Shown here piece after piece: positions 49,704 to 60,599 of a stretch of DNA of 64,000 bases (position 1 is the stretch's first letter; every line of letters starts with the position of its first letter). The notes under the pieces are model-generated. The model ran no database searches, was not told where the DNA came from, and saw nothing but the letters and a program-made list of their open reading frames with translations. Position numbers and translations under genes: made by a program. Source of the stretch: Candidatus Poribacteria bacterium (GTDB lineage Bacteria; Poribacteria; WGA-4E; PCPOR2b); NCBI GenBank assembly GCA_965208325.1, contig OZ242326.1:2048001-2112000 (forward strand), read 5' to 3'.

Positions 49704-50867
49704 TCATACGGGTATAAGCTCAGGTAAATTCACCCAAGCGCGGGTTTTCCAGGATTCCATGCCTTTTTCAGCCAATTGAACGCCCTTCGCGCCTTCCAAA
49801 AAATCCCACGGGAATGGCTGGTTTATAACAACATGTTTGAGGAAGAGTTCCCACTGCACCTTAAATGCATTGTCGTAACTCTGCGGATTCGCAACTTTAG
49901 ACCATCCGTCCGAAAAATTGATGGGTTGTTCGATATCGGGATTCCAAACGCAATTCGGGGTGTCGCCAAGTGATTGAATCCAGCAATCGCGCAATCCGGC
50001 AATAGCAGAGGCTTTTGTTCCGTCAACTTGAAGGGTCAGAAGATCGTCACGCCGTACTCGTACCGCCCAAGATGAATTGAATTGCGCCACAATACCGCCT
50101 TCCAAATCGAAAGTGGCGTATCCGGCGTCTTCAGCGGTACATTGATAAGGCACTCCCGATTCATCGCGGCGCGATTTAACATGTGTCGCGCCGAAACAGG
50201 AAATTGCTTTTACATTTCCAAAAAGGTTGTCGAGCAGATAGCGCCAGTGACATAGCATATCTAGGATGATTCCGCCGCCGTCCTCCTGGCGGTAGTTCCA
50301 AGAAGGCCGCTGTGCGGGGATAGTATCCCCGTCAAAGACCCAATATCCGAATTCTCCGCGAACCGACAGAATTCTGCCTAAACTCCCCTTTTTAATTAGC
50401 CCTTCTAATTTTTTGATGCCGGGCAACCAGAGCTTATCCTGAACGACGCCATTTTTGAGTTTAGCCTTCGCCGCAGCTTGATATAACCGATAAGCCTCCT
50501 CTGTTGTAGCAGCCGATGGTTTTTCGCAATAAATGTGTTTGCCAGCGGCAATCGCCTTTTGCACCGAATCGACCCGCATTGAAGTCGTCTGTGCGTCAAA
50601 ATAAACAGGATATGCCGAATCGGACAGTGCATTCTCCAAATTAGTCGTCCACTTGTTTACGCCGGATAATCGAGACAGTTCTTCCAATTTTGCAGGATTG
50701 CGGCCAACCAGTATCGGATTAGGCATTATAACTTCCGAATTGCCAATTTCTAACCCCCCTTGCTTAATGATCGCAAGGATTGAGCGAAGCAGGTGCTGAT
50801 TGGTTCCCATTCGGCCGGTTACTCCGTTCATAATTATACCGACCCGGTGGATTTTGGATTTATGCAT
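49704..50867 (-). CDS. Gfo/Idh/MocA family oxidoreductase
   Basis: MNGVTGRMG, GKHIYCEKP, GGGIILDM.CHW. Confidence 0.93.
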   Translation of the reverse strand: MHKSKIHRVGIIMNGVTGRMGTNQHLLRSILAIIKQGGLEIGNSEVIMPNPILVGRNPAKLEELSRLSGVNKWTTNLENALSDSAYPVYFDAQTTSMRVDSVQKAIAAGKHIYCEKPSAATTEEAYRLYQAAAKAKLKNGVVQDKLWLPGIKKLEGLIKKGSLGRILSVRGEFGYWVFDGDTIPAQRPSWNYRQEDGGGIILDMLCHWRYLLDNLFGNVKAISCFGATHVKSRRDESGVPYQCTAEDAGYATFDLEGGIVAQFNSSWAVRVRRDDLLTLQVDGTKASAIAGLRDCWIQSLGDTPNCVWNPDIEQPINFSDGWSKVANPQSYDNAFKVQWELFLKHVVINQPFPWDFLEGAKGVQLAEKGMESWKTRAWVNLPELIPV

Positions 50868-50963
50868 CGTAGGGATTTGTTATGTGTTTATTTGGGTTAA
50901 TCAATACATCCCGACATGGTGCTTTGGTTGAAAGCAGAGTATATCAGCTTGCGTCTATTTTGG

Positions 50964-52091
50964 TCACAATTCTGATAGCGCTTTAAGAAAATGGGTAACA
51001 TCGGAACTTCCGTTGTAGAGATGCGTCGAAATCCGCACGCGCCCAAATTCGCCCCAGCACAATATTCCCTGTTCAGCCAGTTGATTCTGAATTCCTTCAG
51101 CATCTTCAATCCGAAAACAGGTATTGCCCGACCGCGCAGCACGGCGCTGAGGCGTGATAACCGCAAATCCCAGATTCTCCAGTCCGGCAGTGACCTGTTC
51201 GGATAGAGAGATGGCGTGATGCGCAATACAATCTATACCGATCGAAAGCAAACATTCAAGCGATCGGTCAAGGTGCATTATCACCAACATGGCAGGATTC
51301 CCCGGCTCTAGAAGACTGGGCATGGGTTTTTCTGCAGCATCCGGCAACCGCTCGGCTTGTTGTGCAGGCCATACCGCTAAGTTGCGCCAACCAAAACAGG
51401 AAGCCTCAATTTGTTCTTCTGCCCGTTTGCTCAAATAGCAAGGCGCAGCTCCATGCGTAGCGAGCATCCACTTATAACTGCTGCTAATGGTGAGATCTGT
51501 TAACGCCGCGGGTACGTTCAAGACTCCGGATGAGTGCGTCGAATCTACGGCAAAAAGCACGCCCCTCGACCGCGCACCGTTAGATAGCTGATGCAGGTTC
51601 AAACACTGTCCTGTATAAAAGCTCACATGGCTTACCGCCAATACCCGGGTTCGTGAATCTACCGCATCCAGCAAATCTTCCTCGTGCACAATCCAGTTGC
51701 GGTGAGGCACAAACCGCACCTCTACGCCCAAGGACTTAAGGCCTCTCCAAGCGTAGGCTACCGGCGGAAACTCTAAGTTGGTTGTCACGACATTATCACC
51801 CGATTTCCAGTCAAGTCCACGCGCCAGCCAGTTCATTCCCTCCGATGCTGACGGCATGAACGCAATCCGATCGGGCGGAACATTCCAGAGTGTGCCCATC
51901 CGTTCCCTGCAACGCTCGCCTCGTGCGTAAATCTCTGCCCTACCATCAGAACCAGCGCTTTTCAATCGAGCAAAGTCTGCATGCACTGACTGCTGAGCCT
52001 TGAGCCATGGCGCTTCGCCGCCCACACAAAGGTGTGTGACACCTTCCAATCCTACAAATACATCAGGGGACATTAGTGGTTTAATTTGCAT
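50964..52091 (-). CDS. Class V PLP-dependent aminotransferase/lyase
   Basis: SHVSF.TG, VDSTHS.G, SSYKWML (PLP lysine), VRIS.HLYN. Confidence 0.9.
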   Translation of the reverse strand: MQIKPLMSPDVFVGLEGVTHLCVGGEAPWLKAQQSVHADFARLKSAGSDGRAEIYARGERCRERMGTLWNVPPDRIAFMPSASEGMNWLARGLDWKSGDNVVTTNLEFPPVAYAWRGLKSLGVEVRFVPHRNWIVHEEDLLDAVDSRTRVLAVSHVSFYTGQCLNLHQLSNGARSRGVLFAVDSTHSSGVLNVPAALTDLTISSSYKWMLATHGAAPCYLSKRAEEQIEASCFGWRNLAVWPAQQAERLPDAAEKPMPSLLEPGNPAMLVIMHLDRSLECLLSIGIDCIAHHAISLSEQVTAGLENLGFAVITPQRRAARSGNTCFRIEDAEGIQNQLAEQGILCWGEFGRVRISTHLYNGSSDVTHFLKALSEL

Positions 52092-52153
52092 AACGAGAAT
52101 TAATTCGTCCTTTACACCCGTTAGTGTATAAGAATTACATCACTTAAACTGAA

Positions 52154-52789
52154 TCACTCATGTTTTGCACGCTCAATCTCGGCAAGGAGTTGACGCGACG
52201 CTAATACCGGATCCGGTTGCGCACACACGGCCGAAATGACAGCGACTCCATGCGCTCCTGCTAGAATGGTTTCATAAGCAGTATCAGCAGTGACCCCGCC
52301 AATCGCAATGACCGGACGATTGGTCTTTTTCGACACCCGTCGAAGAGCGTCCAAACCCTTTGGAGATTCGGCATCTCGTTTCGACGATGTCCTGAAAACG
52401 GGCCCGAACCCAATGTAGTCTGCGCCATCCGCGACAGCTTGCATCAGATGTTCTTCAGTACGCGCGGAAGCGCCAATGATTGCCTTCCGCGGGAAAATTC
52501 GGCGCCCGATTGCAATCGGCAAATCTTCTTGTCCCAAGTGCACCCCCGCTGCGCCAACGGCCAACGCGATATCCGCCCGATCATTGACGATTAAGGGTAC
52601 TCCATACCGCCTGCAAATGGATTGGAGCCCCTCTAAAGTTTCTATCAACTGACGGGTCGTGCCAGATTTCTGCCGAAACTGAATTGTATCGGCGCCTCCT
52701 TTGATTGCCATCTCTGCTAACTGGTAATGGTTGAATCGAGTTTGGGTAGTTGTGTCGGTGATGACATGGAATACACCAATGCTTTTCAT
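52154..52789 (-). CDS. thiE: Thiamine-phosphate synthase
   Basis: IQFRQK, LIVNDR.D, GVHLGQEDL, GPVF.TSSK, AIGG, GVAVISA. Confidence 0.96.
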   Translation of the reverse strand: MKSIGVFHVITDTTTQTRFNHYQLAEMAIKGGADTIQFRQKSGTTRQLIETLEGLQSICRRYGVPLIVNDRADIALAVGAAGVHLGQEDLPIAIGRRIFPRKAIIGASARTEEHLMQAVADGADYIGFGPVFRTSSKRDAESPKGLDALRRVSKKTNRPVIAIGGVTADTAYETILAGAHGVAVISAVCAQPDPVLASRQLLAEIERAKHE

Positions 52790-52870
52790 GGCTTTTTCCC
52801 TAGTCAACAATGCGATTCGAGCAAGACAATCCGAAGGCTTTCATGGCAGTCCAAAGTGGAAGAGAATTTT

Positions 52871-52899
52871 TTGACGGGAGGTGAATGATACGGTATAAT
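52871..52899 (+). promoter_or_regulatory. sigma70 consensus promoter
   Basis: TTGACG-17 nt-TATAAT upstream of the small ORF at 52954. Confidence 0.65.
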
Positions 52900-52953
52900 T
52901 TAAACTCTTCGCAAGTTTAGAGATACGCCATGGACGATTTGAGGAGGAACACC

Positions 52954-53190
52954 ATGACAGCGGAACAAACACAAACGCTGAAGGAAACTTTGGAATTGAT
53001 GTTTGACGGGATTCAAAAAAAGCAGAATATCACCCAAGCACTTAACCAAATCGAAAAAATACATCAAGAAATTGAATCAACCGCGCCGCCAATGTTGATT
53101 CACTATCTGCAGCGCCGGAGCTACACTAAGGCACTCGATTTTTTAAAGGAAGGCACCGTTGTAGAAGATTCAAACCGTCCTAAATGCTAA
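52954..53190 (+). CDS. Small hypothetical helical protein
   Basis: GAGGAGG RBS and upstream promoter; L.HYL.RRSY.KAL.FL motif. Confidence 0.75.
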   Translation: MTAEQTQTLKETLELMFDGIQKKQNITQALNQIEKIHQEIESTAPPMLIHYLQRRSYTKALDFLKEGTVVEDSNRPKC

Positions 53191-53372
53191 GAATAAAAGC
53201 CGGTGGAAGCAACAACGCTACGGCACCAGAGCAACCGTACACGGAGCATATCGTAATTTTCCCCGTCAAGTATTAAACTCCCGCCCAAGATTTGATTTGA
53301 GCTTGAAGCGGCGATTAGGCGATTATCCGGGCTTGGTGCAGCCATACCTACAGCGAAATCCTTGAATTTTTA

Positions 53373-53663
53373 GGGCCTTTTTTAATAATAGGTGACAAAG
53401 CCTTTCTTGGGCGATTGAGTTGCTATAACAAGTGGAACTTCTATCGCACGGGATTTACTATCGCCTTCGTTAGTCGTTCAGTAGACCCTATTCGGTCGCT
53501 CGTTTGCACCAAATACCTTATTCCAGCATTGAGCGGGGCAAGATGCCCCGCCTACAGAGCGTGGCGGTACTATTAAGTCGCTCGATCCCCGCCTTCGGAG
53601 GGTAGTGGGGAACTATACACCTGCCGACCTTCTGGGGTTGTATAAATTGAATTTTCAAACAGG
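53373..53663. mobile_element. Composite MITE/REP-like dispersed repeat, copy B
   Basis: Colinear with copy A; ends TTCAAACAGG, the inverse of the CCTGTTTGAA start of the other copies. Confidence 0.7.
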
Positions 53664-53740
53664 TTTTCAGAGTTTCCGCGCAATTTCTGTAATTGTCCTC
53701 TCGGTAATTCAACCCGCTTCAAACGCCCCGCGATTAGAAT

Positions 53741-56700
53741 CTAACCCGCACGGTGATACCCATGCCCTTCACCGGTAATCTGGTATAGGGCATCCGCTGT
53801 CCAGAAATGCACCTCCGGATCGTCATCGCCCAAAGCCGATTCCAGCACAGATATAGCACCTTGATGCTTTGACGCGGCAAGTCCCTTGATGATATCTAAC
53901 CTCAAATTCTTGGTCGTCTGATTCACAGGAAGCGATTTCAGTTTCTCAATCAGCGCGGTAACGGCGGCGTCCGTCCCTATTTTTCCAAGTGCAATTGCAG
54001 CATCACGGCGAATCTCTTCATGATTGGTTTCAGTGTTGAAGACATCAATAAGATCTGGCACAGTGGAGGCGTCTGCAAATTCACCCACACCTTGCGTGGC
54101 TCCGCGCCGCACATCTTTATCCGCTTCTGTTTCACCTTTCATTATTTTCACTATTTCATCTTGAAGTTCTCGAAGCTTGCCCTCACCAATGCCCCGCGCT
54201 GTGGACTGGCGGATTTCTTTTTTCTTGTCATTCAGCAGTTCTCTAAGCTTCGATACGGCTTCCGGTGTTTTGGACTTTCCAAGTGCATTAGCAGCTGCGG
54301 CCTTAATTGGCCAACTTTCAGGTTTACTATTCTCGATCCGCTCAATCATCTTGTTCGCAACGAAGGGCGGCAATTGAAACGGTTTGGAGGCACTGACGAA
54401 AGCCTCAAATACAGGGTTGTGGGTAAATGTATCCGGCGTTATGGTCACTCCATATTCTGTGTCGTCAACGAGCCGCCTACTAATTGATTCAGCAGCGCGG
54501 TTATCCCCAATTGCCGCGAGCGCGTCGGCGGCATAAATACGGGTATCCGATTCCAGGCTTCTGTCTTCGAGAATAGCAATCAATTCCGTCACGGCTTCGC
54601 GACTATTGAGTTTGCCTAGTGCCGAAATGGCGCTCTTGTGGACAGCTCCGGTTTCTGCTCTAAAAATTCGAAGGATTGCCGCTGCCGAACTGCTGTCGCC
54701 AATCAATCCGAGCGCGGTTGCACACGCCGTCCGCACCGATGTATCTTCTAGAGGGTTATGGAGGATTTCAACTAGTTTATTGACAGCATTTGCACCTTTG
54801 ATGGCGCCCAATGCCGTTACAGCATGCAACCGAACTTCGGCGTTTTCATCGTCTAACGCAGCCAGGAGCGGGGTTGAAGCACGCTCGTCAAGCAACTTCG
54901 CCAATGACGCGGCTGCCGCTGCTCGAATTGACTTTGACTCATTCGTATCTTCAAGCACCGCAGTTAAGTCTGCAACAGCATTTCGATCTTTGAGTTTTCC
55001 AAGCGCAGCCACTGCCTCCTTGCGAACAAGGTAACTCTGATTTGTCATCGCCTCGCGTATCGCAGCCATTATGTTTTGATGCAGCGCGGGCGTCATTGTT
55101 ACTTTGTCGGACGTTCCCCGGATTTCTCCGATTGTATGTACAACTGCCCAGCGAATCCATTCTTCATCATCGTCGACGGATTTCAGCGTATCAAGCAGCA
55201 AATTGATTGTAGACGCATTGCCGTCTTTGACGAGTGAAGCAATGACTTCATTCATAACGGATTGGACTTCGTGCTTTTCTTCAAAGGGCCCTAAGCCTTT
55301 TTTCAACACATCGACCAACCCTCCGTCCGCTAACTCTTGCTTTAGTTCACGCAAAGCGATGGCTGCTTGTTTACGAGTTTTTTCAAACTTGTCCCTTTTG
55401 AGCGATGTTAGCAGAGGAGCGACCACCTTCTCACCTTTGATTTTGTTTAACGCGGCCGCGGCCTCTTGCCGCACAATGCCGTGCTCATCATTCTTGAGCG
55501 CATCAATCAAGTGGGAGATGACGGATTCTCCGTTGATGTCTCCTAAAGCTAGCGCGGCACTCCGGCGCACCGCTGCACGCTCGTCGTCATTCAGGGCGTC
55601 AAATATCGCATCCAATACTTGGTCACCTTGGGTGTAGACGTTCAGATTATCACCGACTTTCCGGAAATGGTACCGCTGCTGGTTCTCTTTATCGGTAACA
55701 AACCAAATTTCGCCTGCTCGGTCGACTACAATAGTTGGATTTTGGGAAAGCGCGATTTCTTCTTCTCCGAGTTCATGCAGTAAATTTTCCGGAATCTTGC
55801 CACTGTTCAGATCTGTGACATACTCGGCTAATTGAGTGCTAAAAAACAGTAATTCTCCTTTTATTTTGCCTAGTGAGATGGCTGCCTCGCTTCGCACAAG
55901 ACCGGGAATCGGCTTTAATTCTCCCCACTTTTGATAATCAGGTTGGGGATATTCAGGCGTCCATTGAATACCCAAGGAATCAACAGCAGCACCCAAAGCC
56001 TCAAGCGTTTTGTGTTGCCTTTTCATGTGCCGTTGGAAATCCTTGACGTCTTCGTAGCGTGTTGACAAAACCCACAAAAGCGCAGGCACAGTTTCTGGTG
56101 CTTTAATTTCTCCCAAAACTGCCACGGCTTCTTTCCGAATAATTTCACTCGTCTCATCGCTAAACATCAACTGCATCATTGGCTGAACGGCTTCCATTGC
56201 CTTGAGTTGACTTAATGCGGTAAGCGCCGCCCGCCTTATCGTCTCACGTCCACGTTTGTCCATCGCCATTGCGACGAGTTTGTTAATTGCCCGTTGACTC
56301 TTTATGTTGATATTTCCGAGTGCGACAGCAGCGTTAGTTGCGGTTGTATCATCTAAATCAAGGGCGTCAGTGAGTGCATCAACAGCGATGTTATTACTAC
56401 CAGGGGTTTTCATTGTGCCAATGGCTTTAGCGGCTGCCGTTTTGACTTCCTTTCTCGGATCGTTCTTAAGAGATTCGGTGAGGGAGTTTAACGTTCGCAA
56501 ATCTCCAATCGTGTCCATGACCTCGGCAGTCCGAATCCTGATAATATCCCTGGAAACTTTTAGGGTACCCGCGTCTTTTCTGACAGAATATGTTCCTTTT
56601 TTGTGATGTTTACCTTTATCCGTTATCAACCATTTGCTGTCTTCTTCCTCAAGAATAATGGATACATTTTCAGATAAGGTGAATCCGTTATTTTCCAACA

Positions 56701-58036
56701 CCCGTTTAAAATTCTCCGAGACGTATCCGTTGTTTAAATCGTTCTGGAACTCCGTGCTTATAATTAATGACGGATAACGCAGCGCTTGAATTAGATTGGG
56801 AACTGCAACTTCCTTCATTACAGCCAACGCACTAGCCACGTCCCCATGCAAATCATCGTCTTCAAAAAGATTGATTAGCCGTGCAACGGCCTCCTTAGCT
56901 TTCAGGGCGCCAAGGGTTTGAATGGCTGCGGCTTGGGTGCTGATTCGGCGGTTTTTCAGCCGGTCTGTATCAATATAGACATTTGCAATGTACTGATACT
57001 CATTCCTGAAATTAGGTTCGTCATCTTCCTCTGGAATTACGTTCTTAGCCCCTGAGTCCAATACTGCAATCAAAGGATTAATTGCTAACTGTCCAATCTG
57101 AATCAGTGCGGTCATGGCGCTGTTTTTGACGTGTTCATTTGCATCTGCGAGCAACCGGACGAGATCGACTATGGAATCTTCTGCCTTCAGCATACCGAGC
57201 AGCTTTGCGGCTAACATGCGCACTTGCGCTACGTTAGTTCTTGTGGCAAGCCGCAATGCGGGAACAATGCTTTGCTGGTCTTTTAACCCCTCTAGCGCTA
57301 CAATTGCCTCGTACAACACATCTGGCGATTCATCCTTTTTCTTCAGAACGGATTCTAGCTCGCGGATGAGCCGCGGATCTTTCAAGTCTCCTAGGTGCTT
57401 TATAGCCTGTTTTCTGATGGCGGCGTCGGGATTTTGAATTTCATTGACCAACAGATTGTAAACCAGCTCTTCATCATTAAGTTGCTGAATTAGCGCGGCT
57501 GATGCCTGACGATGCTTTGGATGAAAGCAATTTTCCGCCTCCAGCAACGCCGTGATGACAACGGAATTTGGTTGACTCGCTAAGGTTGAAAGGAGTTGTG
57601 AGTTTTGCTCGGCGGCTTCCGCGAGCGCGTTTGCAAAGGCACCAACAATCGAGTTTCGAGATCGAACAAGCCATTCGAGCTGGTCCAACTCATCCGAGTC
57701 TGGATCCTCGAGCCTCTCCGATGCTTCAATCTCCTCCTTGAGAGGCTGTAAATTGCCGAGAATTTTCTGTATGGCAGTGTGCCAGTCAACCGCTTTCGTT
57801 TTCCAACCCGTGCCTGAGGTTGCACGCAACTGGAGTAACACATGCAGTGATTGAGCTTCGAGGTGATTTGGTTTGTTCGACAGTACGGTTTGTATCGCTG
57901 TTTGAGCAACGGTATAATTTGCATCATCCATCGCCTCCCTCGCTTCTAGCAAGTCTACATCCTCTTTTTCGCCACACCCAGCGAGTAAACCGATAATTAA
58001 ACCAAAACTGATAAACAGGAGAATCCTGCGTTTCAT
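53741..58036 (-). CDS. Large HEAT-repeat (PBS-lyase-like) lipoprotein
   Basis: LAGC lipobox; many L..AL.D....VR..AA.ALG.I repeats. Confidence 0.9.
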   Translation of the reverse strand: MKRRILLFISFGLIIGLLAGCGEKEDVDLLEAREAMDDANYTVAQTAIQTVLSNKPNHLEAQSLHVLLQLRATSGTGWKTKAVDWHTAIQKILGNLQPLKEEIEASERLEDPDSDELDQLEWLVRSRNSIVGAFANALAEAAEQNSQLLSTLASQPNSVVITALLEAENCFHPKHRQASAALIQQLNDEELVYNLLVNEIQNPDAAIRKQAIKHLGDLKDPRLIRELESVLKKKDESPDVLYEAIVALEGLKDQQSIVPALRLATRTNVAQVRMLAAKLLGMLKAEDSIVDLVRLLADANEHVKNSAMTALIQIGQLAINPLIAVLDSGAKNVIPEEDDEPNFRNEYQYIANVYIDTDRLKNRRISTQAAAIQTLGALKAKEAVARLINLFEDDDLHGDVASALAVMKEVAVPNLIQALRYPSLIISTEFQNDLNNGYVSENFKRVLENNGFTLSENVSIILEEEDSKWLITDKGKHHKKGTYSVRKDAGTLKVSRDIIRIRTAEVMDTIGDLRTLNSLTESLKNDPRKEVKTAAAKAIGTMKTPGSNNIAVDALTDALDLDDTTATNAAVALGNINIKSQRAINKLVAMAMDKRGRETIRRAALTALSQLKAMEAVQPMMQLMFSDETSEIIRKEAVAVLGEIKAPETVPALLWVLSTRYEDVKDFQRHMKRQHKTLEALGAAVDSLGIQWTPEYPQPDYQKWGELKPIPGLVRSEAAISLGKIKGELLFFSTQLAEYVTDLNSGKIPENLLHELGEEEIALSQNPTIVVDRAGEIWFVTDKENQQRYHFRKVGDNLNVYTQGDQVLDAIFDALNDDERAAVRRSAALALGDINGESVISHLIDALKNDEHGIVRQEAAAALNKIKGEKVVAPLLTSLKRDKFEKTRKQAAIALRELKQELADGGLVDVLKKGLGPFEEKHEVQSVMNEVIASLVKDGNASTINLLLDTLKSVDDDEEWIRWAVVHTIGEIRGTSDKVTMTPALHQNIMAAIREAMTNQSYLVRKEAVAALGKLKDRNAVADLTAVLEDTNESKSIRAAAAASLAKLLDERASTPLLAALDDENAEVRLHAVTALGAIKGANAVNKLVEILHNPLEDTSVRTACATALGLIGDSSSAAAILRIFRAETGAVHKSAISALGKLNSREAVTELIAILEDRSLESDTRIYAADALAAIGDNRAAESISRRLVDDTEYGVTITPDTFTHNPVFEAFVSASKPFQLPPFVANKMIERIENSKPESWPIKAAAANALGKSKTPEAVSKLRELLNDKKKEIRQSTARGIGEGKLRELQDEIVKIMKGETEADKDVRRGATQGVGEFADASTVPDLIDVFNTETNHEEIRRDAAIALGKIGTDAAVTALIEKLKSLPVNQTTKNLRLDIIKGLAASKHQGAISVLESALGDDDPEVHFWTADALYQITGEGHGYHRAG

Positions 58037-58173
58037 TTGCTAACTCCTTTCGATTCGATAAAGATGCAATAATGAAGGCATGATGTGTGAAATGCGACGC
58101 GCAATTCGCGGGTAAATATTACGATTCTGCTACTTAATGAGCGACAATCGATAACCCTATGCATATGCTATTT

Positions 58174-58926
58174 TTAAATGTTGAGGTTGTCAATGAATTT
58201 TAAGCTCTTCAAATCGCGCTCAATATGATATGAGATAAAGGTTGCAAGCACAAACTTCAGTTCGCGATGATTTAGAATTGAGGCGCGAAATCTCCCCAAA
58301 CGCGATAGACTCGATTTTTGGAGTTGCTGCATTAACTGACAACTTCCTCTTGAAACGGCAATTGCATTCGCATCACGATCTCTACACTTCGCACAGAGCA
58401 TTCCGCCAAAACGAGAACTAAATTGCAACGTGGCATCCTTAAAGTCGCGGGTACAAGCCACACAGTGGGAAAGCTGCGGTGACAATCCTGCTAAACCAAG
58501 CAATTGTAACTCGAATGCGCGAGCAAATAGTGCAATATCATCCACTTGCGCCATGGTTTCAAATCCGCACTGCAGCAGGTGAAAAATCTGGTGGTCCGCC
58601 GAATGATCTGACTCAATTGCGCCAATAAGTTCCGCGAGGTAACAGCCGTATGTAGTCCGATCGAAATCTGCTTTGATTCCTTCAAAGGAACTAATCAAAT
58701 CAAAGTCATTGACAATCTGCAAATCTTTGTTCGGACGCTCAAAAAAAACTAAGGTGCCGTAATTTAAGAGTTCAAGTCCTCCTGCCAAACGACTTCTTGG
58801 TCGTCTGACGCCTCGCGCAACAGCTTTAATCTTACCAAACTCGGCGGTATAAAATGTGATGATTTTGTCAGATTCACGGAGAGGGTAAAATCGAATGACA
58901 ATCGCAGGTGTTTTTTGGACTGGCAT
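58174..58926 (-). CDS. recO: DNA repair protein RecO
   Basis: ESDKI..FYT..FGKI.AVARG.R...SRL.G, F.L.LL...G.SP.L..CVAC, GG.LC..C. Confidence 0.95.
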   Translation of the reverse strand: MPVQKTPAIVIRFYPLRESDKIITFYTAEFGKIKAVARGVRRPRSRLAGGLELLNYGTLVFFERPNKDLQIVNDFDLISSFEGIKADFDRTTYGCYLAELIGAIESDHSADHQIFHLLQCGFETMAQVDDIALFARAFELQLLGLAGLSPQLSHCVACTRDFKDATLQFSSRFGGMLCAKCRDRDANAIAVSRGSCQLMQQLQKSSLSRLGRFRASILNHRELKFVLATFISYHIERDLKSLKFIDNLNI

Positions 58927-58993
58927 TTTACGATAACAAAATGGGACAATAGACCGATTGATAAATCGTACCATTGTCCCATGACTTTGTGGA

Positions 58994-59068
<75 letters not shown>

Positions 59069-59146
59069 ATGGGTTGAAAAACGCTGTATTTTGCCACTGA
59101 TTGTATCATATCAGGAGTTACCTGTCAAGCTTCCTTTGCTGTACTT

Positions 59147-59190
59147 TTCATGTGCTATTACTAATTGATTCATGTGCTATTACTAATTGA
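59147..59190. repeat. Perfect 22-bp tandem duplication
   Basis: TTCATGTGCTATTACTAATTGA x2. Confidence 0.9.
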
Positions 59191-59203
59191 AAAGAAATAC
59201 CTA

Positions 59204-60520
59204 CTATACGGCAAAGCCGGCCTGATCAGAATTGCCTTCCGCCGTATTGAGGGTCTGAATTTGGATACGGTGCACCCGGCGTTCATCCGCTTGCAGAACG
59301 GTAAACTCCATACGTTGATAAGAGAATCGATCTCCTTGTGCGGGAACTTTCCCGAAGTAATCTACAACAAAACCACCGATAGTGTCTACGTTTTCCGATT
59401 CTATCTGTGTGCCGAGCTGTTCATTCAGATTGTCGATGCTCATACGCGCGTCAACCGAATACACGTTTTCGCCTAATGAATGGCATTCTTCCAGTTCATC
59501 GGAATCATATTCATCTTGAATTTCACCAACAATTTCCTCAATAATATCTTCCAAGGTAACGACTCCGGCTGTGCCGCCATATTCATCGACAACGATTGCC
59601 ATGTGCTGTTTGTTTGCACGCAAATCGCGAAAAAGTTCTGATATTTTTTTGCTTTCAGGAGTGAAAAACGGCGGTCTATCCTTGACGAGCACCCTTAAAT
59701 CAATTGGCTTGCCCTCGGCCCAATAGTCCAACATATCCTTCACATTAAGGACGCCGACGATATGATCAATTGTGTCTTCGTAAACAGGGATTCGTGAATG
59801 CCTCGACCCAATCGCTGTTTGGAGCACATCTTTCTCAGATGTAGAAACCTCTAGGCATACCATATCTGTTCTAGGAATAATGATTTCGCGAGCAACGATA
59901 TCGGGAAGATCCAAAATACGCGAAATCATTTCTCGTTCATCCGCGTCCAAAATCTCCTGGCTGTCGCCAACATTTACTACCGTTTCCAGCTCCTCGGGTG
60001 TAACTATATTATCTTGTTCAGTGCGGTCTTTTCCACCCAGAATTCGCACACCGAAATATCCAAGCAAGGTTAACGGTTTGATTACAAAATATAGCAACCA
60101 ATAAGCCACCCGCAGAAAGCGCAGCGCATGAATCGTTGAATTCTCGGAACTTCCCCGCACGTAATTTTTCGGAATTAACTCGGTGATGACCACAATGGTA
60201 ACTGCGGCAAGAATCGCTCCAGTAATATTCTTAATCCCCGGAGGCCCGATATTGACTAGTGACATAAAAATTACTACAATCGAAACAATTAATCCGCTCT
60301 TGGCGATGATAATCGTCGACGAATATCTCCGTGAATCTCGGAGAAGAGAAGCCAGAATCTCATACCGCTTGCCGCCTGCTTCGGCAATATTCAGTATATC
60401 ATTCCTGGTCAGCCGGGCAAGCAAGGTTTCTGCGACGGAAAACAACGCTGCCAAGAAAAACAGAGCAAACAAGCCAACCAGTTTAAGGATACTATTAATG
60501 TCGTCCAAGTGTGAAATCAC
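59204..60520 (-). CDS. HlyC/CorC family (CNNM + 2 CBS + CorC) transporter-associated protein
   Basis: FS.AET.L, ELIPK, HSRIPVY, AIVVDEYGGTAGVVTLEDIIEEIVGEIQDEYD. Confidence 0.93.
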   Translation of the reverse strand: MISHLDDINSILKLVGLFALFFLAALFSVAETLLARLTRNDILNIAEAGGKRYEILASLLRDSRRYSSTIIIAKSGLIVSIVVIFMSLVNIGPPGIKNITGAILAAVTIVVITELIPKNYVRGSSENSTIHALRFLRVAYWLLYFVIKPLTLLGYFGVRILGGKDRTEQDNIVTPEELETVVNVGDSQEILDADEREMISRILDLPDIVAREIIIPRTDMVCLEVSTSEKDVLQTAIGSRHSRIPVYEDTIDHIVGVLNVKDMLDYWAEGKPIDLRVLVKDRPPFFTPESKKISELFRDLRANKQHMAIVVDEYGGTAGVVTLEDIIEEIVGEIQDEYDSDELEECHSLGENVYSVDARMSIDNLNEQLGTQIESENVDTIGGFVVDYFGKVPAQGDRFSYQRMEFTVLQADERRVHRIQIQTLNTAEGNSDQAGFAV

Positions 60521-60599
60521 ACTCCTAAAGTTTAGCCTTCAAAATCATACAAGGCAGAAAACTAAGCTTCCGCAGCACAAAGCCGCGTACAGATTGTGA

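Noticed and set aside
52790..52930. TPP riboswitch upstream of thiE
   Set aside because: No GCTGAGA / CCTGA..GG.AAT-type motifs on the minus strand; the region holds a divergent promoter instead
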